Source: Octopus vulgaris (Eukaryota). From it: DNA of 64,000 nucleotides. The stretch lies in NCBI GenBank assembly GCA_951406725.2, contig OX597822.1:38874001-38938000 (forward strand). The letters run 5' to 3'. The notes beneath the pieces are model-generated. The model worked only from the letters and a program-made list of their open reading frames with translations. It was not told the DNA's origin and did not search any database. Every line of letters starts with the position of its first letter. Position 1 is the first letter of the stretch. Shown piece after piece: positions 1-12,064 of the stretch. The position numbers and the translations under genes were made by a program.

Positions 1-46
<46 letters not shown>

Positions 47-601
47 CATCCATACCATGCCCAGGGAGTGACACATAGGTGGTGACCTCATTCCATTAGC
101 ATACTATAAAAATACATGCCAGTGCAAAACTCTGACTTACCACCATTGATGATGATGAAGATTATATAGTGGTGATGGTGGTGGTTATGAAGATGATGAT
201 GGTGGTGATGACAATGATGATGACGATGATGATGATAGTGTAATGGTGAGAAAATGATGGTAGTTTTGACAAAAATGATAATGATGAATGATGATGATGG
301 TGGTGGTAATGGTGGTTGTGATTGTCACCAAAATGATGATAATGTCCAACACTTTGCTGCTTTGTTGATAGTGTTTGATGTCTATAGCAGTTTGGTAATC
401 TCACTAATTATTGGATCTGGTGATCTGTATGTGTAATTCTAATGGGTGTGCATTAGGTATTTTGCTTCAGAAATATAAATATGAGTGCAGAAGAACATCC
501 TTTGGTTAGCGTTAACATGTAGCTGCACTTGGAACGTAGTTGAGTGCGCTGTGTTTAACAGGAAACTCAACTATTGTTCACGATGCAAATGAGACATAAG
601 A

Positions 602-814
602 GATCCACAGAGTCTTGAATATTTACCCCCTCATGGACAATAACTGACCCCTCACGGACAATTAATTAACCTTGAGGACAACAGATGATGATTTAAAACT
701 TCTTAATATATTGAAGAGGGGGTATTCAACCAAGGTGGGTAATTGTCCTAGAGGGGTAGTTGTCATTAAGGGGAATTGTCCTATGGGGGGGGGGTAATTG
801 TCCTGATATGGATC
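602..814. mobile_element. Foldback-like MITE with subterminal GGACAATT repeats
   Basis: Termini GATCCA/TGGATC; 7-bp direct repeat CATAAGA at 595-601 and 815-821; GGACAA motifs on the left arm mirrored by (A)ATTGTCC motifs on the right arm. Confidence 0.65.
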
Positions 815-1350
815 CATAAGATAAAACATCACAAACAGCGAAATTCTGGTATGTCGTGGCGTATAACCACATCGACATACCAGAAGATCCAGCTCTTATA
901 CTGTAGACATTGATTAGTAAACTTCTCTGAGGAATGACTTAGTATCACAGATTGTGAATACCAAGTCATCATCATTATCATCATCACTGCTGCTGCCAAC
1001 CACCACCACCATCATCATCATCATCTGTTTATGTCCACTATCAGCATCCTGCTGTGTGCTGATCAGCTATTACCATTGCTGCGGTTGCCCATAATACAAG
1101 TTGCAAAAATGCTGCAGCCTGAGTTGGTACAGTAGAACAGCTTCAATAGCTTCAAATATGATTGAGAATCAAAACTTCTAGGGGAGAACTTGACCATGAG
1201 TTCTGAGCCATGGGCAAGTGAGGTGGAGAAATATGCATGCCATTCAGAATATGGTTTTGTGTTGAAATCACTGCTCCATTGAAACCTCTTGTCATATGTT
1301 ACCATCTGCTTCATCTTGCTTACACAGCTTACCTTTGGTGCTGCTGTGTG

Positions 1351-1770
1351 CAGGGCCGGATTAAGACCCATCGAGGCCCTAAGCATTTAAAAGATTTTGG
1401 TGCCCCCATAAAAGATTATGTAATTCTAAATATAAACAATAACAAACCATAAAATAAATTTTCATTTTTCAAAACAAAACAAAGCAGTAAGAGGGAAAAT
1501 AATGTTTATTTTTTTATACTTCCATTTTATTTATATTTGAAAAGTTTCCTCCTACTTTTTTGAATTGCAAAGTCTTTGATCAGATCCTCAAACTTAATCT
1601 TAGGTAATTTGCATCTATACTTAGAGATAAAGGCATCCTAAATATTATTTTAGCAAGTTTAAAGTGATTTCTTTTGTGCCGTAAACCATTTACCATTTCT
1701 GTGGTGTCCCCTCCCTTTCCTTGATGCCCTAAGCATGTGCTTATTTTGCTTAATGGTTAATCCAGCACTG
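1351..1770 (-). mobile_element. Non-autonomous hAT (Tip100-like) element
   Basis: TIRs CAGGGCCGGATTAA / TTAATCCAGCACTG (12/14); perfect 8-bp TSD GCTGTGTG at 1343-1350 and 1771-1778. Confidence 0.9.
1527..1630 (-). pseudogene. hAT transposase C-terminal remnant
   Basis: Minus 1601->1527 reads KIKFEDLIKDFAIQKSRRKLFKYK*, preceded across a frameshift by LSLSIDANYLR; resembles the end of the hAT dimerisation domain. Confidence 0.7.
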
Positions 1771-1825
1771 GCTGTGTGTATCACTCGTGTATTTTATCAA
1801 ATCACTAGAACTAGGGACAGGTAAA

Positions 1826-2080
1826 GGTAAAGTTACTTTCTCAAGACATGCCAACTTCTAAGCACCGGTTCCCCAATTTCCACAGTGTATAAGTTCCCCA
1901 CCTTGACAGGAAGCAGGGTTACTCATTTTTGCCAGCTGAGTAGACTGGAGCAATGTAAAATGAAGGTACCTTTTTAAGTCATGTCAACTCATAAGGGCTC
2001 AAGAACACAACGTGTCGTCTGGTCCAGGAATTGAAACCACAATCTTACAATCATGAGTCCAACATCCCTAACCACTAAGC
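1826..2080 (-). mobile_element. tRNA-derived SINE, family C (CORE/MESC-like body)
   Basis: Minus-strand A box GCTTAGTGGTTAGG, B-box-like GGTTTCAATTCC, body GTGTTCTTGAGC...CTCCAGTCTACTCAGCTG. Confidence 0.7.
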
Positions 2081-2151
2081 TACACTGAGTAGACTGGAGC
2101 AGCATGAAATGAAGTACATTATATTATTTACATTTGACGGATATTTGTCTT

Positions 2152-3487
2152 CTGCTAGAATAAGAATAGCCTGGGCAAAGTTTAGGGAGCTCTTACCTCT
2201 GCTGGTGACTAAAGGCCTCTCGCTCAGAGTAAAAGGCAGACTGTATGATGCGTGTGTACGAACAGCCATGCTACATGGCAGCGAAACATGGGCCGTGACT
2301 GCTGAGGACATGCGTAAGCTCGTGAGGAATGAAGCCAGTATGCTCCGATGGATGTGTAATGTCAGTGTACATACTCGACAGAGCGTTAGCACCTTGAGAG
2401 AAATGTTGTACCTAAGAAGCATCAGTTGTGGTGTGCAAGAGAGACGATTGCGCTGGTATGGTCATGTGGCGAGAATGGATGAAGATAGGTGTGTGAGAAA
2501 GTGCCAATCCCTAGCAGTTGAGGGAACCCGTGGAAGAGGTAGACCCAGGAAAACCTGGGACGAGGTGGTGAAGCACGACCTTCGAACTTTAGGCCTCACT
2601 GAGGAAATGACCAGAGACCGAGACCTTTGGAAATATTCTGTACGTGAGAAGACCAGGCAGGACAAGTGAGCCCAGCCCACTTATGAATGCCTTTCCTCCC
2701 TTGGACACAAAGACCGGTTGAGGCAAGCGAAGTCGATATAGAACCTCATCCGACGACAGACACCCATGCCAACCCCCATGCTTGCGAAGACATGTTGGGG
2801 CAAGCGAAATCGAAATCGAAACCGAATTGAACCAGCCAGGATCCCTGGCCTGGTGGTACATAAAAAGCACTATCCGACTCGTGGCCGTGGCACGTAAAAT
2901 ACTCCAATGCGACCGTACGACAGGCACCCATGCCAACCCCCTTTGCTTGTGAAGACATGTTGGGGCAAGCGAAATCGAAATCGAATTGAACCAGCCAGGA
3001 TCCCTGGTCTGGTGGTACGTAAAAAGCACTATCCAACTCGTGGCCGTGGCACGTAAAATACTCCAATGCGACCGTACGACAGGCACCCTTGCCAACCCCC
3101 TTTGCTTGTGAAGACATGTTGGGGCAAGCGAAATCGAAATCGAATTGAACCAGCCAGGATCCCTGGTCTGGTGGTACGTAAAAAGCACTATCCGACTCGT
3201 GGCCGATGCCAGCACCGCCTCGACTGGCTTCCGTGCCGGTGGCACATAAAATACACCAATCTGACCGTGGCCGTTGCCAGCCCCGCCTGGCACCTGTGCA
3301 GGTGGCACGTAAAAAGCACCCACTACACTCACGGAGTGGTTGGCGTTAGGAAGGGCATCCAGCTGTAGAAACATTGCCAGATTAGACTGGAGCCTGGTGC
3401 AGCCTTCTGGCTTCCCAGAACCCCGGTCGAACCGTCCAACCCATGCTAGCATGGAGAACGGACGTTAAACGACGATGATGATGATGA
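2152..3487 (+). mobile_element. 5'-truncated RTE-clade LINE (ORF2 C-terminus, 3' UTR, (GAT)n tail)
   Basis: ORF to 2669 [17 protein letters not shown]...[12 protein letters not shown]...[10 protein letters not shown], near-identical to the 37398 ORF; ends AAACGACGATGATGATG. Confidence 0.95.
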
Positions 3488-3697
3488 TCTTGTTTGTTGC
3501 TAACACGTTTCAGCTGATATACCACCATCCCTTCATCAGGTGTCTTGGGGAAATTTTGAACCTGGGTTCTAGTTCCTAAAGTATTTTTCGATGTTATTAT
3601 TATTGTTATTATTCAGGTTACTACCTGGAATCGATCTTGGAATCTAATAACATCAAAAAATACTTTAGGAATGAGAACCCAGGTTCAAAATTTCCCC
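3488..3697 (-). mobile_element. Repeat with hammerhead-like CTGATGA...GAAACG motif, split by the RTE insertion
   Basis: Left part at 2124-2151; joined sequence matches the uninterrupted copy at ~44437-44530; 53-bp inverted duplication 3547-3599 / 3645-3697. Confidence 0.6.
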
Positions 3698-4432
3698 TAG
3701 GGATATCATTTCATGTGAGGAGGATTAAAGAGTCTCATCTATCCTGCATTAGCTTTTATTTGGACTTACTGCTCTCCAAGACAGGGAACCTGTAATGTGT
3801 CTTGCAGAGTACACATATCATTCACACATTCCATTTTCTGGTGTAGTTTCTATGGATGGCTGCCCTTCCTATCACCAACCATTTCATGGAATGTATTTGG
3901 TAATTTTATCATGCCACTGGCACCAGAGAGCTTGATATATTTCATATATACAAACACATACGCACATAAATACACGCCATGTATGTGTGTGTGTGCATGT
4001 GTGACATACATACATGTATGTGTATATAAGTGTGCTGTTTCATATCCACCGAGGATTGCTGTTATCCGCCCACTCAGATACCTGTGTAATACCATACGCT
4101 GGATTTAATTACACAGTTACGTACATACATCAGTTCACACAAACACACGTATATCTACAAACATGAATACACACACACATATTTTGTTTTAAGCACTCAC
4201 TTCAAGATAGCAATTTGTGTGTGTGTGTGAGTGGATGCACACACAGTGTAGATGTTCCAGTAAACTAAATTTAACACACATTTGAAAAAAACAACCACAA
4301 GAATTTCAGTGGATTTCAGTGTTTCTATGTAAAACTATTCCTGTTTTCAATTAAGGGAAGGTAACAAAGTCAACATGGCCTTATCTTTAACTACAGCTGG
4401 ATAACTTGGATAATTACTACAGCATTATTAAA

Positions 4433-4966
4433 AGATGGCAAGCTGGTAGAATTACTAGCATACTGGACAAACATGCTTAATGCATTTTCTTGCATTATAT
4501 TCTGAGTTCAAATTCGACCAAGGTCAACTTTGTTTTGTTTTTTTTTTTTTGTCCTTTTGGGGCTTCATAAAATAAGTACCATCTGAGCTGTCTTCTTTTC
4601 TGCGCCCTTTTCAAGCCTAGCCAGGATCATGGGCCTGGTTTTCCAGTTTCTGTGGCTTATGTGTTCCTCCCAGCTGGACGGGATGCCAGTCCATCGCAGC
4701 GTTACTCAAGAAACAGGGAGAGTGAGAGAAAGTTGTGGCAAAAGAGTAGAACAGGGGTTGCCACCACCCTCTGCTGGAGCCTCGTGGAGCTTTTAGATGT
4801 TTTGCTCAATAAACACACACAACGCCCAGTCTGGGAATCCGACCGCAAGTCTGCTGCCCTAACCACTGGGCCATTGCGCCTCCACCAGCTGAGCTTTGGG
4901 GCCATGTAATTAACTAACCCCTGCTCAAATTTCAGGCTTTGAATCTATAGTAGAAAGAATTATTAT
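4433..4966 (+). mobile_element. SINE family B (Nin/Deu-like domain), interrupted by a family D SINE
   Basis: GGCAAGCTGGTAGAAT...TTCTGAGTTCAAATTC...ATAAAATAAGTACCA; resumes after ~4885 and ends GTAGAAAGAATTATTAT. Confidence 0.75.
4592..4885 (-). mobile_element. tRNA-derived SINE, family D
   Basis: Minus head GTGGAGGCGCAATGGCCCAGTGGTTAGGGCAGC; tail GCGATGGACTGGCATCCCGTCCAG; flanked by CCA(T/G)CTGAGCT direct repeat. Confidence 0.8.
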
Positions 4967-5499
4967 GATGGATTTCAATTTGCCATTCATGTCTCTGCAC
5001 TTCATAAAATACCAGTAATATATATCAGTAAAAACTATCAGCTAAACCAGTTTGCTACAAATTGTGGGTCTCTGCTTGTGCTAGAAATTATTATCGCAGA
5101 ATCGTTACAGCACTGGACAGAATGCCATAAAACAAGGTGCCATTCAAGTACTGGAGTTGATGGTATTAACAAGCCCCCTCTCCTCAAAGCCGCTCACCTA
5201 ATGCCAATATTAAAAAGCATACATCATTGTTTTACCATCCACTTTTGCATGCTTACATGGGTTAGAGGGAATTTATTGAAAGATTTTCCTATGACTGGAT
5301 GCTCTTCCTGTCACCAACCATCACCCCTTTCCAAGCAAGGTAAATAACACCCCATGGCCAAACATGTACTTGCACTATATTGGGAAAGAATGACACTGCT
5401 TGCATGACAGTGACAATCATTTACAACTATCACATGGTGTTCAGACAAGGAGATACAAACATACACACTCATATATATATATATATATATACTCATAAG

Positions 5500-5660
5500 A
5501 TATCTTCTTACAGTTTCCATCTACAAAATCCACTCACAAGACTTGGGTTGGCCTGGGGCTATAATAGAAGACACTCACCCAAAATGCCATGCAGTGGGAT
5601 TGAACCCAAAACCATGAAGCTGGGAGGCAAACTTCTCAACCACACAGCAACACCTGTGCC
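5500..5660 (-). mobile_element. SINE family A, 5' part
   Basis: Matches the family A head GGCACAGG...GCTGTGTGGT...GTGTCTTCTA.TATAGCC. Confidence 0.75.
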
Positions 5661-5709
5661 TATAAACCATGCTTGCCCTATACACAAATTATACTAGATA
5701 TTATAAAAT

Positions 5710-6078
5710 AGCAAGAGCACTCAGAGAGCATTAACCTCTGCCAAGGCAACACCAACATCCTCTCAACGATTAGCCAGAGATGATTTTTTAAATGAGAATA
5801 TCTGAAATAAACTCGACTGCTCTCACAAACAAGAATACTTAAAATGAACCCAACACTCTCAAAAATTAAGTAAATAAACAGGAAAAATAATCCAAAATCC
5901 TTGTTTGGTGCTAGATCAATCCCAAAATTTAATCAGTTCATGTCAGCCACGAGGCCTAACATGCTTGAAAGTTTCATCCAAATCCATCCAGCAGTTTTTG
6001 AGATATTTTGTCAATGGACAAACAAACAAACAAACATGACTAAAAACAATACCTCCGCCTTAGCAAAGGTGGAGGTAA
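5710..6078 (-). mobile_element. Helentron-associated (HINE/DINE-1-like) element
   Basis: Terminal hairpin TACCTCCGCCTT-AGCA-AAGGTGGAGGTA, subterminal repeat CCTCTGCCAAGG at the other end, internal (ACAA)n; second copy at 33341. Confidence 0.7.
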
Positions 6079-6091
6079 AAATGGCACATAG

Positions 6092-6320
6092 AGGTGAAGC
6101 AATGTTGGGGGGACAAACATAGACACACAAACATATATATATATAAGTATATATATACAACGGGCATCTTTCAGTTTCTGTCTACCAAATCCACTCACAA
6201 GGTTTTGGTCGCCCTGAGGCTATCGTAGAAGACACTTGCCCAAGGTGTAATGCAGTGGGACTGAACCTGGAACCATGTGGTTGTTGAGCAACCTACTTAC
6301 CATACAGCCACTCCTGTGCT
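6092..6320 (-). mobile_element. SINE family A, 5' half
   Basis: Family A head and internal (TA)n. Confidence 0.85.
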
Positions 6321-6321
6321 T

Positions 6322-6597
6322 ATCATTATCATCATCTTTGTGACTTAATGCCCGCTTTCCATGCTGGCATGGGTTGGAAGGTTTGACCGAGGACTGCCAA
6401 GCCAGGAGGCTGCACCAGGTGCCAATCTGATTTGGCAAGGTTTCTACAGCTGGATGTCTTTCCTAATGCCAACCACTCAGTGAGTGTAGTGGGTGCTTTT
6501 ACATGCCACCAGCACAGGAGCCAGTCAGGCAGCATGGCATCAGCCATGCATGAATGGTGCTTTTTATGTGCCAGTCAGGTGGCACTGGCATCAGTCA
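6322..6597 (-). mobile_element. RTE 3'-UTR-derived fragment
   Basis: TTTCCATGCTGGCATGGGTTGGA...CTACAGCTGGATG...GCCAACCACTC matches the 3' end of the RTE at 2152. Confidence 0.8.
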
Positions 6598-7852
6598 TAC
6601 ATACATATATATATATATATTTTGTTGTGTCTGGGGAAAGACATGCTGCTTTTATATTTAACACATTCACCAGTTCAAGATATTAAGGCAGTATGACTCT
6701 TGCCAGACACAACAAAAATTGTTTCAACACACAGATTCACATAAAGAATCTTGCAAACGAGATACAAAAACAAAGATACTAAAACAAAGGCTGGAAAATT
6801 TGATATATTTGTAATTCCATGTTACACATGTTTCATTACAGTATAGGAACTACAAAATATAACAAAAAAATTATAATAATACTGGATTTTGATTCATTTG
6901 ACTAAAAATTCGAGGCGGTGCTCCAGCATGGCCACAGTCTAATGACTGAAACAAGTAAAAAAATAAAAGACAAAAAAGACAAAGAAAATATGAGTGGGAT
7001 CTCCTATCTGTAATTCATCAACCTAAGATTTAAAAATAGACACAGCTTGGATTGGAGCCCCTTCTATACATTATATATTTTAAAGGTGGTGCTCCAGCAT
7101 GGCCACAGTCAAATGACTGAAACAAGTAAAAGAGTACTAGATATACAAGACAATCAGCATGTCTCTGCAGTCACTAGACCTTCTGGAAATAGTAACCAAA
7201 TTTCCCTCAAGTCACACTTTACAGCCTAAAAATATAACAAAAAAAAAAGCAAAAGACACATCAAATAATATAGTCCATGAAACACTGTATTTGAAAAGAT
7301 GGGATGGTCATGGCTGGAACATTATTGGTGACAGATGTGTTGCTCGATGATAGTGCTTACCTGGAAGTAAATGACAACTGCAACAACAATATTAGTAAAA
7401 TATTCTTCCTCTTCCCCCCGTCCCCTCTGAAAACATTCAGAGTGTGTGCGTGTGTGTGTGTGTGTGTGTGCGTGTGTATGCCTCGAAGATATTGGTTTAT
7501 TTTGGGTGAGTTTCCAACAGACTGATGTAATTCTTTGCCAAGTGCTGTCTCATGATGATTAGATACAGACATACCTGAGGGACCTCACTCCTTAGTTAAT
7601 CTCAATTTCAACCACCCAACACCATAATGTCTACTCCCTGCTGCTGCTGATGATGATGATGATGCTACCATACATTTTCATCATTGATTGGGTAGCACTA
7701 TGACCTGTAAGATGTCCTCAACAAAATATTTCATGATAGCTTATCATCATTACATCAACTGCAGTATCTATACTATTATCACTACCATAACCACACTTAT
7801 CACTACCGTCATTTCATAATATAATCACCATAAATCGTACTGTGTTGTGATA

Positions 7853-8194
7853 TTTATTCACATCTAGGTAGGCTGTACCTAACTGCAGGACCCATTCACA
7901 TCTAGGTAGACTGTACCTCACTGTGATACCCATTCATATGCAGGTAGACAGTACCTCGCTGTAGAACCCACTCACATCTAGGTAGACAGTACCTCACTGT
8001 GGTACCCATTCACATCCAGGTAGACAGTACCCCACTGTGGTACCCATTCACATCCAGGTAGGCAGTACCCCACTGCGGTACTCATTCAAATCTTGGTAGA
8101 CTGTACCTAACTGTGGTACCCTTTCACATCTAGGTAGACTGTACCTCACTGTGGTACCTACTTATAGCTAAGCTAGACTATACTTCACTATAGT
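7853..8194. repeat. 38-bp minisatellite, ~9 copies
   Basis: Unit CCCATTCACATCTAGGTAGACTGTACCTCACTGTGGTA starting at ~7853, 7891, 7929, 7967, 8005, 8043, 8081, 8119, 8157. Confidence 0.95.
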
Positions 8195-8859
8195 CTCTAC
8201 CTCACAGCTATTTGGACAGCACCCCATGGTGGGGATGGTATTGGTGTTGACTTTAAAGGTTACAGTAATAAAACTGAAGATGATGACTGCAATGATGTTA
8301 ATGATAGTGATGATGGTGATAATGAGTGATGATGATGATAGTGATGATGAAGATGAAGATGATAGCGATGATAATACTGATGGTGATGATGATAATGACG
8401 ATGATGAAAAATATTGCTGTTGTAGTTTAGTACCTGGTCAGCTTGTCTGAGCAGTCAGACCCATGATCGAAATGAATTCCGGCCATAACCATCCCAACAT
8501 TTTAAAAGAAATGTAGCTGCTATTTCTTGGATCGTTTTTTTTTTCCAGGATAGAAACTCACTAGTGCTGAGGTTTATTTAAAGTCACCGTTTCTTAATCT
8601 TGTCCCCTAATATTCTTCCCTTTTAATTCATTCCCATCTTCTCCACATATAACAAAAAAAAAAAAAAAACCTGGTACCATGTATAACATGTCATTAACAA
8701 CAACTTTATGTTAATTCAAACATGGAACATCTTGAAAATAAATCTAAAACAACAAAAAAAAAGTGATAATGATTAAGAGTTTTTCCCAGTGGAACCCCAA
8801 AAATTTTCCTGGAACTCTGAAATTTCTTGCAGTTAAAATAGCTGTCAATTTAAGGAGTG

Positions 8860-8903
8860 TTAATGGTAATGGTGGGGATGATGGAGGTGGGGGACTAGAG
8901 TGA

Positions 8904-8942
<39 letters not shown>

Positions 8943-9450
8943 TGGCAGGAGTGGTGAAGGCAGTAGTAATGGTGCTGCTGATGATGGTGGTAATGGTGGT
9001 GGTGGTGGTGGTGGTGGTGGTGGTAGTAGTAGTAGTAATGATGATAGTGAAGGTGATGGTGGTACTGATGATAATGATGATAGTGGTAATGCTAGTGGTG
9101 GTGGTGGTGGTGATGGTAGTACGGATGGTGGTACTGATGATGGTAGTTGTAATATTAGTGGTGGTGGTGGTGGTAGTAGTAGTAGTCGTAATGGTAGAAT
9201 TGATGATAATAGTGATGAGATGCTGATGATGATAACAGTGATAGATGGTGTACGTGTGATGATGATGCTAGTAGTGGTGGTGATGGTGGTGGTGGTGACA
9301 GTGGTGGTGAAGATAACAGTGATGATAATAAAGTGATGATGATGATTAGGAGGAGGCCGATGATGACAACAACAACGATGATGATGACGACGATGATAAT
9401 AGTGCTGATAATGACGATAATGGTAACGACGATGATGATACAACAATAAT
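8860..9450. repeat. (GAT/GGT/AGT)n degenerate trinucleotide tract
   Basis: Directly visible. Confidence 0.9.
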
Positions 9451-10156
9451 ACAAAGAAACTCAATGGAGAACTGTGAAGAGCTAGACATCTCCATGTCAC
9501 TGTGTCACCATGTCTGGCCGATATAAAAGAGTCTGGTCAGACACAGACAGGGTGGGGTGATGATAGAAGGGTGTACGTCTGTATACACTGGAAGCTGCTG
9601 GTTGCTGTTACATTCGCAGATAATGATAGCAAGCGGTTATTATAATCGAAATTATTGGGGTCCCAAATACAAATACACACAGGATATTCGTTATCGAGAA
9701 AGTGATCACATTAAGCAGCTTCTACCATTCTTCACGCACACGCGTAAAGAGAAAGAAAAAAAGAAAGAGAGAGTTATGTGATGAGCAAAACACGCGAAAC
9801 TTATAGCAGAGAGTAAGAAATATCCCTCAGTATTACAATTAATAATTTCACTAGACTTTTTTCTGTATTGAGTCCTTTTTCCTGTTGTCTATAGATTCGA
9901 ATATTTATATGTGAAATAGAAAGGGGGAAGAAAAGAGAGAGAGAGAGAGAGAGAGAAGCAGAGAAAGGAAAGAGAGAAACAGAGACAATGTGAAAGCAGA
10001 AAGATAAAGGAATATTAATAGAGAAAGAGAGAGAACGAGAGAGAGACAGACAGATAGACAGACAAAGCAAACACAGAAAGATAGAAAAAAGAGAGGGAGA
10101 GGGGAAAGAAACACAAAGCGAAAGCAGAAAGAAAGAGAGAAATCCAAAGTGAAAGC

Positions 10157-10235
10157 GGGTGGGTGGGTGGATAGGTGGGTGGGTAGGTAGGTAGGTAGGT
10201 AGGTAGGTAGGTAGGTAGGTAGGTAGGTAGGTAGG

Positions 10236-10328
<93 letters not shown>
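10157..10328. repeat. Compound (GGGT)n(TAGG)n(TAGA)n microsatellite
   Basis: Directly visible. Confidence 0.95.
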
Positions 10329-10329
<1 letters not shown>

Positions 10330-10390
10330 CACAAAGCAAAAGCGGAAAGATGGAGAAAGAGAGGGTGGAGTGGTGGGAAACAATATGCCT

Positions 10391-10425
<35 letters not shown>

Positions 10426-11306
10426 CGAGGAAAAGGAAGGAAGAAGAAAGGAGATAAATGGCGGTTACAGACAATGTCGGGAGGGAAGGCGGGGGAGAAG
10501 ATGGATGAATAAATAAACATGTGTGAAGAAGAATGTCGGTCGATTCAGTGAAAAAGTGAAAAGGCAGAGAGAAAACGGGTGATAAACAGGAAATCTCAGT
10601 GAATTGAATAAAATAAAGATGTCAGGCAAATTTATAGAAGAGTGTTGAGATTTACAGACAACACAAAAACGTCTGTCCTCCGATCTCAATGGCAGACGAC
10701 ATGCTGTGTTTATCTACTTTCTTTCTCTCTGATAGCTTTACCTTTACATACCAATCGAACAGTCTATCAGCTTACCTCTCTTTCCATATATATATAATAG
10801 CATATATCAGTCCTTCTGTTGTATATTTATCTATTATTCTTTCCATCATTTTATCTATCTGTCTGTCTATCTATCTATCTCTGTCAATTAACCCAGTTTC
10901 CATCACACGCACCTACACACAGCGCGCGCCAACACATTTATCTACCTATTTGACTATCTACAGCCCGCACATGCCTTTTATCTATCCAATCATCCATCTA
11001 CTTATCAATATATCTAACTATGCATTCACTTATTCACCACCAATTTACACACCTCCACATGTCAACTTAACGAATATTGTCATGACAACACGTGACGCTG
11101 CCAGCTTCGACATACACACACACATAAACATCATACTCCATCCCGCTCTTTAACATATTTTCAGCAATGCTGACCACCCGATGCTTTCACTAGCAGCACC
11201 CCAGATAGCTACATCAAGTACCGTGCCGACGGCAAATTGTACAATACTTGCCATCTAAGTGAAAAAAAGGGGGTTGTTCTCACGGACTTCCTCTCGACCT
11301 ATATCT

Positions 11307-11370
<64 letters not shown>

Positions 11371-11374
<4 letters not shown>

Positions 11375-12045
11375 CTCATGGTGAGCAGGAGATGCACTAT
11401 GATATGGAGAGGTTCTAGACAATCTGTGACCTCACAGTAAACATAGACTGATGTTAAGCAAGCAGTAGCTTGTCCCAGGAAACTGGGAACCTCGGGGTAC
11501 TGTGAATGAATAATGACTACATGTAGTTGACAGGTTCACCTACATCGGCAGCATAATCTCAAGAGCAGTAAACATCTATGAAGAGATTAATAGCAGGATC
11601 TCCAAAACCAATACTACCTTCACCAGACTTCAAATAGATATATGAGAATGCAGGTAAATCAACTTCATAACTAAGCTAGTGTACTGTGCAATTGTTCTCA
11701 CAACCTTCCTGCAAGCCAAAGTATTCCAAGATTCTAGTCTTGGGCAAGTAAGCCCAAGATTATAAGAGAGATGTGAAACAACTCTACCGTTTCCAGGTGA
11801 GATGTATATATAGTGTGTCACACATCCACTGGTCCCCCTGACACTAAAGTGCTTTAGTAAGCCAATACTGTACACTGTGCAGAAGGCCCAAGTGAGATGG
11901 CTGGATATGTCAGGTGCATACTGTATGACTGCGTCTTAAAGCAGCTCTTCTATAACACACTCTGTAAAGGAGAGCATGCTGCCAAAGGAAGGGCTAAAAG
12001 AAGAGCTTTAGGGAGTGCCAAAAAGCCTCTCTAAAAGACTTTATG
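11371..12045 (+). mobile_element. Decayed RTE-BovB-like LINE ORF2 fragment
   Basis: With stops/frameshifts reads VVDRFTYIGSIISRAVNIYEEINSRISKTNTTFTRL...VYCAIVLTT...QKAQVRW...KQLFY...KASLKD. Confidence 0.8.
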
Positions 12046-12064
12046 GGGAGTGCTTGCTTAAAAT

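Noticed and set aside
1063-1386. 107-aa ORF with a DFN motif reminiscent of a LINE endonuclease
   Set aside because: Starts inside the hAT MITE and the similarity is too weak to call
2589-3452. 287-aa minus-strand ORF and similar ORFs at 32.4, 36.9, 40.8 and 59.8 kb
   Set aside because: Translation of GC-rich RTE 3'-UTR tandem repeats, with no domain signature
7853-8194. CRISPR array
   Set aside because: Units are contiguous with no unique spacers, there are no cas genes, and the context is eukaryotic
8895-9500. Pro/Ser-rich and poly-Val ORFs
   Set aside because: Trinucleotide microsatellite, open in several frames on both strands
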